IMG/VR virus record: IMGVR_UViG_3300038312_000168
Coordinates: 5,365 to 69,364 of that record
Strand: one strand, 5' to 3'
From: a virus
DNA length: 64,000 bases
Part shown: piece after piece, positions 24,117-33,901 of the stretch
Layout of the letters: each line of letters begins with the position of its first letter
Position numbering within the stretch: position 1 is the first letter of the stretch
The notes under the pieces: generated by a model
The model's database searches: none
What the model was told of the DNA's origin: nothing
Seen by the model: the letters and a program-made list of their open reading frames with translations, nothing else
Translations under genes and position numbers: made by a program

Positions 24117-27008
24117 ATGTATATTGGAGATATTTATATTCCGTATGTATCGGAATTTTCAGCAAATAAAACCACCAAAGAGAGTAAAGAAACTAACTTT
24201 ATCTCCGGCGATGCTGATCTTGATGAGACTGCACCTAAACTGAAAGAACTTACTATATCGGGTGTTGCAGCAGCGCATGGAAGTAAGACTTCTGATGATT
24301 ACGCTAATGATCTTGAAGCAGCATTGATACGTAATTCTGCCTACAATATTGTTGAGTATAATAATAAGAAGGGTTACTTTGTCCTTAATGATGTTGATAT
24401 TCCTGACACGGTAGAGAATCAGAATGCGCGTGAGTTTAGTGGAACAGGTAAGTTTCTTCCTTCTGCCCGCTATGAATGTGCTTACCGCGTAGAGACTGAT
24501 TACATTGAGAGTGATCTTGCAATTCAGTTTCCTCCTATCATCGCTCTTCCTACAGGTGCAACCAACGTCAGAATCAAATCACCCTGGGAAATAATGTTTA
24601 TTGATGAATGGCATGGAACTGTAGGTAGTGATGGTAAATTATCCATCTTTAAACCGTTCCCTATCTTTGATTCTGATAACTATGTAACTGCAACATCCAC
24701 GGGCGATAAGACTTTCATGGAGTCTGCTTATGGTTGTTACGTAACAGTCCTCAATGCACAAGATGAAATAACAAAATGGACTACAGTAGTAGGCACAGAT
24801 TTACCAAAGGGACGTTATAAGGTTGTATTCCGTTTGCAGGATTTAAATGTAACAGATGATATTGGCGTAACTGTAACGGGTAGTATAAGTGGTGAATTGA
24901 TTAATGAAACCTTTACAACGGGTGATACTTATTGGGTTACAATCGAAACATCAGAGTTTGAAGTTATTACACATGAAACATTAACCATTGACATAAAGAA
25001 ACTGACTGCAACTGCAAATACTATTGAAGTGAATTACGGGTTTGTTCTTCCTACCTATACTGCAAAGGTAGTGTTTGAGAATGATACTGAAGTAGATTGT
25101 GGTAATGTCAAGGTGTTTGATTCTAATGGTTCTACAATTGAATCAAATTGGAAACAAGTGTTCAATTACAATCATGATTTCTCTACCGGAATAATTATTC
25201 AAAATTCATTCTTCCGTTGGCATGTGGATACAAATGAGATTTGGAACAATACAGGTGAATTAACTAATCTCATTAATGATCAGGTAGGAAGATTATATCC
25301 ACGCGCATTTAAGAATAATGATGTCAGTTACATTGTAAAGGAGATTCGACCTGATTTAGTTGAAATAGAGTTTTCCTTGTTTGATGGTGAATCGGATGCA
25401 AATGCAACAGATTGTAGAGAGATAGTTCTTGCCCGTTTCACTCCTTTGTATGTTACCTTTGAATTAATCCGTAATGGAACATTCAAGTGGGATTGGCACG
25501 TTGATTTCAGCACTATGCCTTCATGGAAAGCGATTAGCGCACCATCTGATTTAATGGTAACATCTTCATTGTCTAATACTGAACATACAAGTGAAAATGG
25601 TATTTTTACTGTTATATTTGATGAGTGTATTGCGGGTATTTGTAAATCAAAGAATAGTAGTGCATTAGTGCTTGGTGAAGGTGGAATGTATGTAAACAAT
25701 ACTGCTGAATCAGGTAACTTCATGTTTACACTTTTCATGATTTCTGGTTCTTTAGGTTCACAGTATATATTCCAAAATACTACCGATGTTAGTTTAACAA
25801 ATGTGCAAAAAAATAGAATTTATGATAATTTTTCTATTGATTCATCAAGTGAATATATAGTAGAAAATGGTAGTAATTTTACTGAAACATATTCTAATGG
25901 ATTGTTTATAAGAAGTAACAGTGATACGTTAATTACCAAGAAATTAAAGAATTTAAAATTAGGAACAGGTAAATATAAACTTTACTTTACTGTTTTCACA
26001 CAAAAAACAATTACACGCGAAGTAGGTATTATTATTGCAGGTGATCCTACTTATGATAATACTTACTATGTGTGCTGTTTAGAACTCGATGCAACACAAG
26101 CAAATGGTGGTAATTTATCTAAGATTAAATTACTCAAATTCAAACAGAATCAAAATAGTCAGGGTTCTTATGGTGTAGATGGATATGGTGAATATGGATA
26201 TGGTGCAGATGGTAGTGAAGTAGTTGCAGCGTCAAAAACAATAACTTGTCAGACATATACTTCACAATGGATTGAGTGTGAATATAATAATGAAAATAGA
26301 ACTTTTGATATTTATTTCTATAATGCAAGTGATTCAAAACCCACAATACCCACATTGACGTATGTAGGTGATGAATCATTCGAGTATGGTAATATTGGTT
26401 TGTTTGCACGTTCTTCGGAAGCAGGAACAGATAATATTTACGTGTTTTTTAAACAATTAGAAGTAACCGATTCAATGATATATGAAAAAGCGGGTTATCC
26501 ATTTATAGCAATCACAGGAACATCACACGGAGGAGCGGCTGCATCACAGAAAATAACAATATTTGATGGTATTATTGGAGAAGATATAGATGTTGGACGT
26601 TATAATTTAATTGTGCAAACAATTTCTACAAGTGCAACAAGTGAACTTACATTTTCATTTATAAATGATACAAAATCTACAACATTAGCTATTGATACAG
26701 TTGAATCAAGTGAAATTATTGGTGGTGATGCAGTATTAACAACATATAATCATGTAATTGAATTTAAAGAATCGGAAATTGGTGATAATGCTATTATTAC
26801 CATTGATAAAACAATCAGTGGTTATTATCCATTAAATTTGATTACATATGCAGCACTTATTCCAATTTCAAATACAGAAAACAGTGAGATTATTACACCA
26901 ACAAATCTCTCGTTTGCATCGTTAAATGAACAAAATTATTACAGAAATCTTGAACCTAAAGAATTTGGTTCAAATCTGTTAAATAGAAAGTATAAATCAT
27001 ATAGGTGA
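24117..27008 (+). CDS. large tail tip / receptor-binding protein, paralog 1
   Basis: 963 aa. The N-terminal ~430 aa are homologous to 27571..31020 (MYIGDIYIPY, FPPIIALPTGATNVRIK, VNYGFVLP, IIIQNSFFRW). The C-terminus is divergent. Confidence 0.55.
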   Translation: MYIGDIYIPYVSEFSANKTTKESKETNFISGDADLDETAPKLKELTISGVAAAHGSKTSDDYANDLEAALIRNSAYNIVEYNNKKGYFVLNDVDIPDTVENQNAREFSGTGKFLPSARYECAYRVETDYIESDLAIQFPPIIALPTGATNVRIKSPWEIMFIDEWHGTVGSDGKLSIFKPFPIFDSDNYVTATSTGDKTFMESAYGCYVTVLNAQDEITKWTTVVGTDLPKGRYKVVFRLQDLNVTDDIGVTVTGSISGELINETFTTGDTYWVTIETSEFEVITHETLTIDIKKLTATANTIEVNYGFVLPTYTAKVVFENDTEVDCGNVKVFDSNGSTIESNWKQVFNYNHDFSTGIIIQNSFFRWHVDTNEIWNNTGELTNLINDQVGRLYPRAFKNNDVSYIVKEIRPDLVEIEFSLFDGESDANATDCREIVLARFTPLYVTFELIRNGTFKWDWHVDFSTMPSWKAISAPSDLMVTSSLSNTEHTSENGIFTVIFDECIAGICKSKNSSALVLGEGGMYVNNTAESGNFMFTLFMISGSLGSQYIFQNTTDVSLTNVQKNRIYDNFSIDSSSEYIVENGSNFTETYSNGLFIRSNSDTLITKKLKNLKLGTGKYKLYFTVFTQKTITREVGIIIAGDPTYDNTYYVCCLELDATQANGGNLSKIKLLKFKQNQNSQGSYGVDGYGEYGYGADGSEVVAASKTITCQTYTSQWIECEYNNENRTFDIYFYNASDSKPTIPTLTYVGDESFEYGNIGLFARSSEAGTDNIYVFFKQLEVTDSMIYEKAGYPFIAITGTSHGGAAASQKITIFDGIIGEDIDVGRYNLIVQTISTSATSELTFSFINDTKSTTLAIDTVESSEIIGGDAVLTTYNHVIEFKESEIGDNAIITIDKTISGYYPLNLITYAALIPISNTENSEIITPTNLSFASLNEQNYYRNLEPKEFGSNLLNRKYKSYR

Positions 27009-27014
27009 TAAAAT

Positions 27015-27557
27015 ATGGCAAATACATATACTACTAATTATAATTTAGCAAAACCTGCTAATGGTGATATAAATTGGCATACTCCTATCAATGGTAATTT
27101 TGATACCATTGATACTACGATGAAAACTATTTCTGATAAAATACCATCAGGGGTTATTCAAATGTATGGTGCAGCAACGGCACCTACTGGTTGGTTGGAA
27201 TGTGATGGTTCTGCCGTATCAAGAACCACATATAGTTCTTTATTTGCAATAATTGGAACAGCATTTGGTGTAGGAGATGAATCTACAACTTTTAATTTAC
27301 CTGATTTACGTGGTGAATTTGTAAGAGGTTGGGATAATGAACGTGGTGTAGATTCAGATCGTGTTTTGGGTTCATCACAAGAGGATGAATTAAAAAGACA
27401 TACACATTTTGTAGGTTCTTATGGTTCTTATGGTTTATTATATCCTTATGTTGATAGGTTTGCTAATACTTTATCGTCTGAAGTTACTGTTGGGGCCACT
27501 GGCGGCACAGAAACCCGTCCACGTAATATTGCATTGATGTATATTATTAAAATTTAA
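27015..27557 (+). CDS. tail fibre protein with a phage tail-collar domain
   Basis: GVIQMYGAATAPTGWLECDGSAVSRTTYSSLFAIIGTAFGVGDESTTFNLPDLRGEFVRGW matches the tail-collar consensus (P.GWl.CdG...y..Lf..iG..yG....F.lPDLRG). Confidence 0.8.
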   Translation: MANTYTTNYNLAKPANGDINWHTPINGNFDTIDTTMKTISDKIPSGVIQMYGAATAPTGWLECDGSAVSRTTYSSLFAIIGTAFGVGDESTTFNLPDLRGEFVRGWDNERGVDSDRVLGSSQEDELKRHTHFVGSYGSYGLLYPYVDRFANTLSSEVTVGATGGTETRPRNIALMYIIKI

Positions 27558-27570
27558 GAGGTGATACAAA

Positions 27571-30500
27571 ATGTATATAGGTGACATTTATTTACCCATT
27601 CTTTCTTCCATTGATAAGAAATCTGTCTCGAAAATAACAAAAGAGATTGCAGGTATTAACATATCCGACCCTAAGACTATTTCCATACGTCGCAATCTTC
27701 AACCTGTTACACTTGATGGTTATCTTTACAATGATGGAGAAAAGAATGATGCACAATACGCAGAAGATGTAGAGGCATTGCAGTATCGTTCCGCTGGATA
27801 TTGTTATACAAAGTATGCAGACTTAGATGGTTTCATTGAGATTGAAAGTGCTGATGCTCCACAGACTTCAGAAGAGTTAGGTGTAAGGAATTATTCAATC
27901 GAAGGCAAGTATCTACCTGCTACAAAATATGAGCGTGTAGTGGAAGTAGAAACTGAAATGCGTGAGAATGAATTTAACATTGAGTTTCCACCGCATGTTG
28001 CACTTCCCATTGGTGCTACCAATGTTAGAGTTAAGACTTCGCAAGACAGTGTAAAGTTACCTACACCTGCATTTATGGCAGGAGACTTACCGATTTATAG
28101 ACCATTTCCCGCATTCTATCCTGACAATGTGATACATTCTACCTCTGACACTCCTAAGTATGATAAAACAGCGTATAAGATGTCCTACAATCTACTCGAT
28201 GCAAAGGATGAATCTATCTCTTACACGATGGTTTCAGGTGTTGATATTCCGCTTGGTTCTTACCGTGTAGTCTTACGCATTAAAGCAGATTCTACGGTCA
28301 ATGGTGACGTTAAAATCACTGTTTCTGACGGTACTAATAATGTGGTTGATAGTTTACATACCCTGGTAGGAGATGGGGTCTGGAACATAGTGAAAACAGC
28401 ATCTTTCAGCATACTTCAGAGGGGTTTGACATACACTGTAACAGTATCAAAAGCAACTGATAGTGTATCCAATATTGCAGTCAACTATGGTTTCCTCCTA
28501 CCTGAAAAGAGAGCGAGAGTTGCGTTTGATGTAGCAGTAGAATATGATGTTGGTGAGTGTAAGGTTTACGACACTGTAACAACCGATGCAGCAGAAGCAG
28601 ATTGGATACAAGTCTACAATCCTGAACATGATTTTGCAGGTGACATTGTTGTTCAGAACTCTATGTTCCGGTGGGTAATCAAACAAACTGCCTGGAAGGA
28701 TGCAACAAAGGTTTACAATGTTACTGGCACTTCTCCCGTTGAAATTGGTGAACTGTATAACAAGGCGTTTGGCGATGATTCGGTTGCAATCAAGTTTAAG
28801 GAGATTAAACCCAATTACCTGAAGTTTACTTTCGAGTTAGACACAGGTAATGCAACATCAGAGTCTACGAGTGCAAAAGAGATTGATACTGTTGAGATTA
28901 CACCATTCAATGTTGTAATTGACAAGGATGTAATTGGAACTTACAAGGATCATTATACCTTCGAGTCTACCCCTGGTGCATTGGTAGAATATGAGAATGG
29001 TATCATTGCAGGTATTGATGCTAATAGTGTCTACGGTTTGATTAAGTCTGTTGATGTTACGAGTAGTATTGATGGAGATATTATTGAGACTACTGGTAGT
29101 GAATCGAGTGATTCTTACGTAGTGCCTTTTGTCATTCCGTGTGAGATTACATCTTACTTGTATAAACAGGCAACAGATTTAGTTATTAGTAAGGACAACA
29201 ACGACATCGAGCGGAAGTTCTGGAAGGATGATTTCAGCGTTGATTCATTTCCCTTCTATGATAATGTGGTCGCAAACTCCAAGAATTACTTCACGGTATC
29301 CGGGGGAGAACTTGTATTCAATACGAACGGTGAATCAGTTCAACCAGAAATTGTATCACAATTTGCAGGGTGCAAGTATGGGGAATACGAACTCGTATTC
29401 AAAGTCAACGACCCTGAAATCGATACGAAGAAATTAATCTCGATCCTTTTCGCTGTGAACGGGGTCAATTATTGGGGGGTTTTACTCACAAGAGAAATTG
29501 GAAATACTATTTCAAGATGTTACCTTCATAAGAATAATGTGATCGTGTCCGGGAGCGGGAAAACGTATGATTCTATTAACTTTAATGATGGAAACTATCA
29601 CACCCTAAAAGTGGTCTGGACTACTACCGGGATCACGTTCTACCTTGACGGTTCTCTTGGGAATACGTATGCCCCAACATCCAATAATTACCCCAGTATC
29701 TCTGATGCTAAAATTGGAGTTGGTATCCCATATATCCAGTATTCTTGTAATGCGAATATTGCATCAATCACATACCGTCCATCCATCTCCTACACCGACG
29801 ACTTCACCACCGACACCGTATCTGGTGCAAACGGGCGGTATCAGGCAGTCACCGGAACAGTTGCCTACGATGACGTAAACAAGCGGATGAATGTCACCAC
29901 AGCGACAGGAGCGAATGGAAAAGCATCTGGTAGACTTAAATCCTACAAGTTCACAGAAGGTTCTCAAATCTACGATGTCACTCTACCTACGGGTGCTGAT
30001 GGCGATTTCATTACTCTTGTAACCCATCCGGCTAACGGACTGATGACTGATGGTATCGGTGTAGGATTACAGTCTGATGGAGCAGGGAATTGGAATCTTG
30101 CTACTCTCTCTGGAACAACCGTTACAGAAGGTGCAGACAGTGGATTAGATGATGGTGATGTCGCAAGGATTGAGATTGAGAAGGATCTTTCAGGTGCGTA
30201 TTGGTATTACATCTACAATGCTGCTGGAGCGAAACCTGCAACTCCAACGGGTAAACTGTTCACAACTCTGTCAGAGGGTTACACTGGTTGGTATGCTAAC
30301 GGTGCAGGAGCAGAAACACAGACGTATGCGATTGATAATATCTCCATCCGCGCTGAATCCATCGTTGGCAGAACCAATGTTGAGGTGGAAGAACCGTTCT
30401 GGTTCCGCGATGAGTTTAGCGAGAACTCGCTTGGGCGAGCCGTAACCGTAGTCGGAGGAAGTAGTATGGCGATTGCGGTTGCAGATGGTGCGTTACGATT

Positions 30501-31020
30501 CACCTCTTCGGGAGATTCGTACCAACACGGGCATATCTATTACCCGTTTATGAAGTTCCGTGATCTGGATCTATCCGTCACTCTTAACGGGACTGCTTCG
30601 CTGTATGGAGCGTTCATCCCCCTGTTCAACGCATACGGTTCATCATCGGGTAGAATTATCAATTATTACGGGGTTTATCTCAGATCTTCAAATAGCGACA
30701 TCATCATAACAGCATTTAACTCTGATGGTATGGCGACAGGAACGCCCCTCGCTTTAGGTGCAATTACCCCCATATTCCCTGCAACTCTGCGTGTGACGGT
30801 AAGTGCATCAGGACTTGTAACAGCGTATTATGGGGGGGTTGCCATCTGCTCCTGCTCGATACCCGCGCTGGTAACGTCTCCGTTCATGGCTGCTATTGAG
30901 GTGATGATTCGGACACAGAATACGAACCTTACATTCGACAATCTCCAAATCTCCGGCACTAGAGTCTACAACAAACCCATCCACCGAGGAGCAATGCTTG
31001 GATTATACTCTACGAGTTGA
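27571..31020 (+). CDS. large tail tip / receptor-binding protein, paralog 2, with ConA/LamG-like C-terminal domains
   Basis: 1149 aa. Shares its N-terminus with 24117..27008. The C-terminal half has a lectin-fold-like signature (GNYHTLKVVWTTTGITFYLDGSLG). Confidence 0.55.
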   Translation: MYIGDIYLPILSSIDKKSVSKITKEIAGINISDPKTISIRRNLQPVTLDGYLYNDGEKNDAQYAEDVEALQYRSAGYCYTKYADLDGFIEIESADAPQTSEELGVRNYSIEGKYLPATKYERVVEVETEMRENEFNIEFPPHVALPIGATNVRVKTSQDSVKLPTPAFMAGDLPIYRPFPAFYPDNVIHSTSDTPKYDKTAYKMSYNLLDAKDESISYTMVSGVDIPLGSYRVVLRIKADSTVNGDVKITVSDGTNNVVDSLHTLVGDGVWNIVKTASFSILQRGLTYTVTVSKATDSVSNIAVNYGFLLPEKRARVAFDVAVEYDVGECKVYDTVTTDAAEADWIQVYNPEHDFAGDIVVQNSMFRWVIKQTAWKDATKVYNVTGTSPVEIGELYNKAFGDDSVAIKFKEIKPNYLKFTFELDTGNATSESTSAKEIDTVEITPFNVVIDKDVIGTYKDHYTFESTPGALVEYENGIIAGIDANSVYGLIKSVDVTSSIDGDIIETTGSESSDSYVVPFVIPCEITSYLYKQATDLVISKDNNDIERKFWKDDFSVDSFPFYDNVVANSKNYFTVSGGELVFNTNGESVQPEIVSQFAGCKYGEYELVFKVNDPEIDTKKLISILFAVNGVNYWGVLLTREIGNTISRCYLHKNNVIVSGSGKTYDSINFNDGNYHTLKVVWTTTGITFYLDGSLGNTYAPTSNNYPSISDAKIGVGIPYIQYSCNANIASITYRPSISYTDDFTTDTVSGANGRYQAVTGTVAYDDVNKRMNVTTATGANGKASGRLKSYKFTEGSQIYDVTLPTGADGDFITLVTHPANGLMTDGIGVGLQSDGAGNWNLATLSGTTVTEGADSGLDDGDVARIEIEKDLSGAYWYYIYNAAGAKPATPTGKLFTTLSEGYTGWYANGAGAETQTYAIDNISIRAESIVGRTNVEVEEPFWFRDEFSENSLGRAVTVVGGSSMAIAVADGALRFTSSGDSYQHGHIYYPFMKFRDLDLSVTLNGTASLYGAFIPLFNAYGSSSGRIINYYGVYLRSSNSDIIITAFNSDGMATGTPLALGAITPIFPATLRVTVSASGLVTAYYGGVAICSCSIPALVTSPFMAAIEVMIRTQNTNLTFDNLQISGTRVYNKPIHRGAMLGLYSTS

Positions 31021-31025
31021 TAATA

Positions 31026-31730
31026 ATGAATACTTTTAAATTTTATTGTGGAAAAAAAGTATATTTTGATGAAGAAACAAATAGACATTATATTTTAGAG
31101 AAAAAAACATCATCAAATAATTACCGTAGAAGATATGGTGAGATAAAAACGTGTAAAGAATGTGGCAATGAATTTTTTACAATTCATGACAGTGAATTTT
31201 GTTGCAAAGTGTGTATGGGTATATATGTAGAAATAATTGATATAAATATTGTTGATGGATTATATGTTTATGTAACTTCAAATCTTGATTATTTTATCTA
31301 TACAAATGAATATGGTAAATATAGAAAACGATATGGTTTTCTAAAAAATTGTAAATTTTGTGGGAAATTATTTTTTGCACATAAAGAAAAAACAATGTTT
31401 TGTTCAAATTCGTGTAAATTTAGCGGTGAAAACAGTTATTCTTATGTTGATGGTAATACTGATTTAAAACATTCAATGAGAACATCAACAAAATATAAAA
31501 CATGGCGTGAAAATGTAATGACACGCGATGAACATACTTGTAAAAATTGTGGATGTAAAAGTAATTTAGATGTTCATCATATTGTTACTGTTGAAGATAT
31601 TTTTGAAACATATGAAATTGAAGATATATTAGATATGCGTAACTGTGAATTTCTGTGGGATGAAGATAACGGTATAACTCTTTGCCGTGATTGTCATATT
31701 GGAGTGCATAATGGGAGTGTTAGTTTATGA
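31026..31730 (+). mobile_element. HNH homing endonuclease with duplicated N-terminal Zn-ribbon modules
   Basis: CKNCGCKSNLDVHHIV...NGITLCRDCHIGVHNG forms the HNH core. Two repeats are present: YRRRYGEIKTCKECGNEFF...CCKVC and YRKRYGFLKNCKFCGKLFF...CSNSC. Confidence 0.8.
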
Positions 31731-32650
31731 CTGAAGTAACTTGTTCAGCGTTTATCGTTGATTTTAACTGGAATTGTATTGCAGAATTTACAGGTGTAAC
31801 TTCTTCTGTGGTTGATACTACTAATGGAAGATTAACACTTGCAGATACAACCTATATCTATCCTACCGGATTAACGTTTGGAGAAGGATATTATCAGTTC
31901 AAGATTCAGCGTTCTGCTGCATCTGGTAGTATTACACTATTGGTAGGTAATAATGAAATAAACATCACTAATGCAGGTGCGATTGCATTTAATGGTGGGA
32001 CTGCTGAAACATATACTATTGATCCTACCAATGCAGTTAATGTTGAATTACTTGTAGGCACTACTTCGATTACTGTTTATGCTGACAGGGTTTTGAAGGG
32101 AACTAAAACAGGATTAACGATTGCTGCAAGTAATGTCAAAATGAAAATGGCAACCGCTAACTTCTACGTTTATGATATTATTATCAATGCTGAATCATCT
32201 GATACTACAAGTGGTGTAGTTGCATGTGTTGGTGGAATCGGAAGTGGTGCGAGATATGGAGTGGAAGAATCTGTTTACAACACATTCACTACTGCAAATG
32301 TAGACAAAGGTGTTTACCTTACTTCTGCAAAAGTAAAAACAACTAATCCTAATGCAGACGAAGTATCGCTTGAATATGTCAACGAAACTACTTCTACTAC
32401 ACTTGATAATACTTCTATTGTAGTAGATGCTGATTACACCATTAAAACTACACCAATTACTATCAAAGAAAATGAGACTGATGTTTTAACAGTAGGTGTA
32501 AAGAACTCTACCACTTGTAATCAACCTGCTACTTACGTGGAATCTCTTTCCCTGATTCCAGTTTCAGGTAACAGTGTTTTATACCCACAAGATTTAGCAT
32601 TTATCAGTGGTGTGAAACCATCACAGAAGCGTAAGGTGGAGGTGAAATAA
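31727..32650 (+). CDS. structural protein, tail-fibre module (function unknown)
   Basis: 307 aa and Thr/Val/Asn-rich; ATGA overlap with the HNH gene. Confidence 0.35.
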   Translation: MTEVTCSAFIVDFNWNCIAEFTGVTSSVVDTTNGRLTLADTTYIYPTGLTFGEGYYQFKIQRSAASGSITLLVGNNEINITNAGAIAFNGGTAETYTIDPTNAVNVELLVGTTSITVYADRVLKGTKTGLTIAASNVKMKMATANFYVYDIIINAESSDTTSGVVACVGGIGSGARYGVEESVYNTFTTANVDKGVYLTSAKVKTTNPNADEVSLEYVNETTSTTLDNTSIVVDADYTIKTTPITIKENETDVLTVGVKNSTTCNQPATYVESLSLIPVSGNSVLYPQDLAFISGVKPSQKRKVEVK

Positions 32651-33277
32651 ATGTTACGTAAGATAGAATATCGGGGTGATTTTCCTACAACGGAAGAACA
32701 TATTCAATTTTCTGTAATAGAAATTCAAACAAAAGAAGTAGTCAATGAACTTGAAGAACCTGAAGAGTATAATGTTGCATACCTCGATGTTGCTGAAACT
32801 TATCAGGCGATTGTTGATTACGAGACAATCATTTCCTATGATGAAGAGGGTAATGAAGTAGAAGTGCAGAATCCTATTTACGAGACTGTTGAAGTGGATA
32901 TGGATTCATTCTCCCTCCCTGCTACGTGGAATGAGATTCAGAATGTGTTGCACTTTGACTTCAAGATTAAAGATAGACTCTACACCTTTGGTAACACTCC
33001 TGGAGCGATTAAAGTAGGATTACAAGATTCTATTATTTGTAGAACTGTGTATGAACCTGTCATGATTAATTATGGTGACAGAGGCAACATTACACAGAAA
33101 CAGTCTTACATTAAACGTCTTGTAACACCTACTGAACCTCCCTTACTTGTAATCAATGGTGTGTTTACTGTGCAAAATAATTATGATGAGTTTGTTGAAC
33201 AATACACGAAAGAACAGATGACACTTGAAGATATTGAACTTTACCGTGATGGTGTTTTTATTAAAAATTATAGGTGA
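32651..33277 (+). CDS. hypothetical protein
   Basis: Starts 1 nt after the upstream stop. Confidence 0.5.
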   Translation: MLRKIEYRGDFPTTEEHIQFSVIEIQTKEVVNELEEPEEYNVAYLDVAETYQAIVDYETIISYDEEGNEVEVQNPIYETVEVDMDSFSLPATWNEIQNVLHFDFKIKDRLYTFGNTPGAIKVGLQDSIICRTVYEPVMINYGDRGNITQKQSYIKRLVTPTEPPLLVINGVFTVQNNYDEFVEQYTKEQMTLEDIELYRDGVFIKNYR

Positions 33278-33283
33278 ATAAAA

Positions 33284-33640
33284 ATGAATGAATTTGGCAA
33301 TGGATATATAGAAAAGGTTTGGTGTAATTCTGTAACAACCCCTCAACCATTAAAAGTGATTCCTTACCTGAAAGATTATAAAGTATTCTTCAGTGTAAGA
33401 GGAACGGAAATAGGTAGAATAACAATTGGTGTATTTGTGGATGATATTCTGGATCAGATGCTTACCACGAATATTCTAGAGAAGAATAAAAGTCTTGCAA
33501 TTTGGTTCTGGTATCCTTACAAGCATAAACAAAAGGGTAAGCACGTAATTCAGTTCAAGATTGGTGAAGCAACGGATAGAACAGCTGATTCTGTTACATG
33601 GAAATATACATCTGACAAATATATAGTTGAGGTGATTTAA
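33284..33640 (+). CDS. hypothetical protein
   Basis: SD AGGTGAATAAAA upstream. Confidence 0.5.
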   Translation: MNEFGNGYIEKVWCNSVTTPQPLKVIPYLKDYKVFFSVRGTEIGRITIGVFVDDILDQMLTTNILEKNKSLAIWFWYPYKHKQKGKHVIQFKIGEATDRTADSVTWKYTSDKYIVEVI

Positions 33641-33898
33641 ATGGATAACATTTTACAGTTTTTAATTGACAGTGGTATTCTCTACATGATTGTTTCTACC
33701 CTTCTTACTGTTGGTATTGGATTTATTGTAGGGAAAGGAGTATCGTTCAAAGAGATTCAGGATATTATTGGTGCGATTGAAGAGAGTTATGAGGATGGAT
33801 ATATCAGTCCCGATGAAGCACGTAAGATTTACAAAGAGATTGAAGATGTCATTGGACAGGATTGGTATATCCGGTTGTTCAGATTATTCAAGAGGTGA
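33641..33898 (+). CDS. holin-like single-TM protein
   Basis: 85 aa with TM SGILYMIVSTLLTVGIGFIVG and a highly charged C-terminus ending RLFRLFKR. Directly upstream of a secreted peptidase. Confidence 0.4.
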   Translation: MDNILQFLIDSGILYMIVSTLLTVGIGFIVGKGVSFKEIQDIIGAIEESYEDGYISPDEARKIYKEIEDVIGQDWYIRLFRLFKR

Positions 33899-33901
33899 TG
33901 T

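Noticed and set aside
24117-31730. A diversity-generating retroelement acting on the receptor-binding genes.
   Set aside because: No reverse transcriptase ORF is present in the window, and I could not find a template/variable repeat pair near the C-terminal domains. The paralogy is whole-domain, not adenine-specific mutagenesis.
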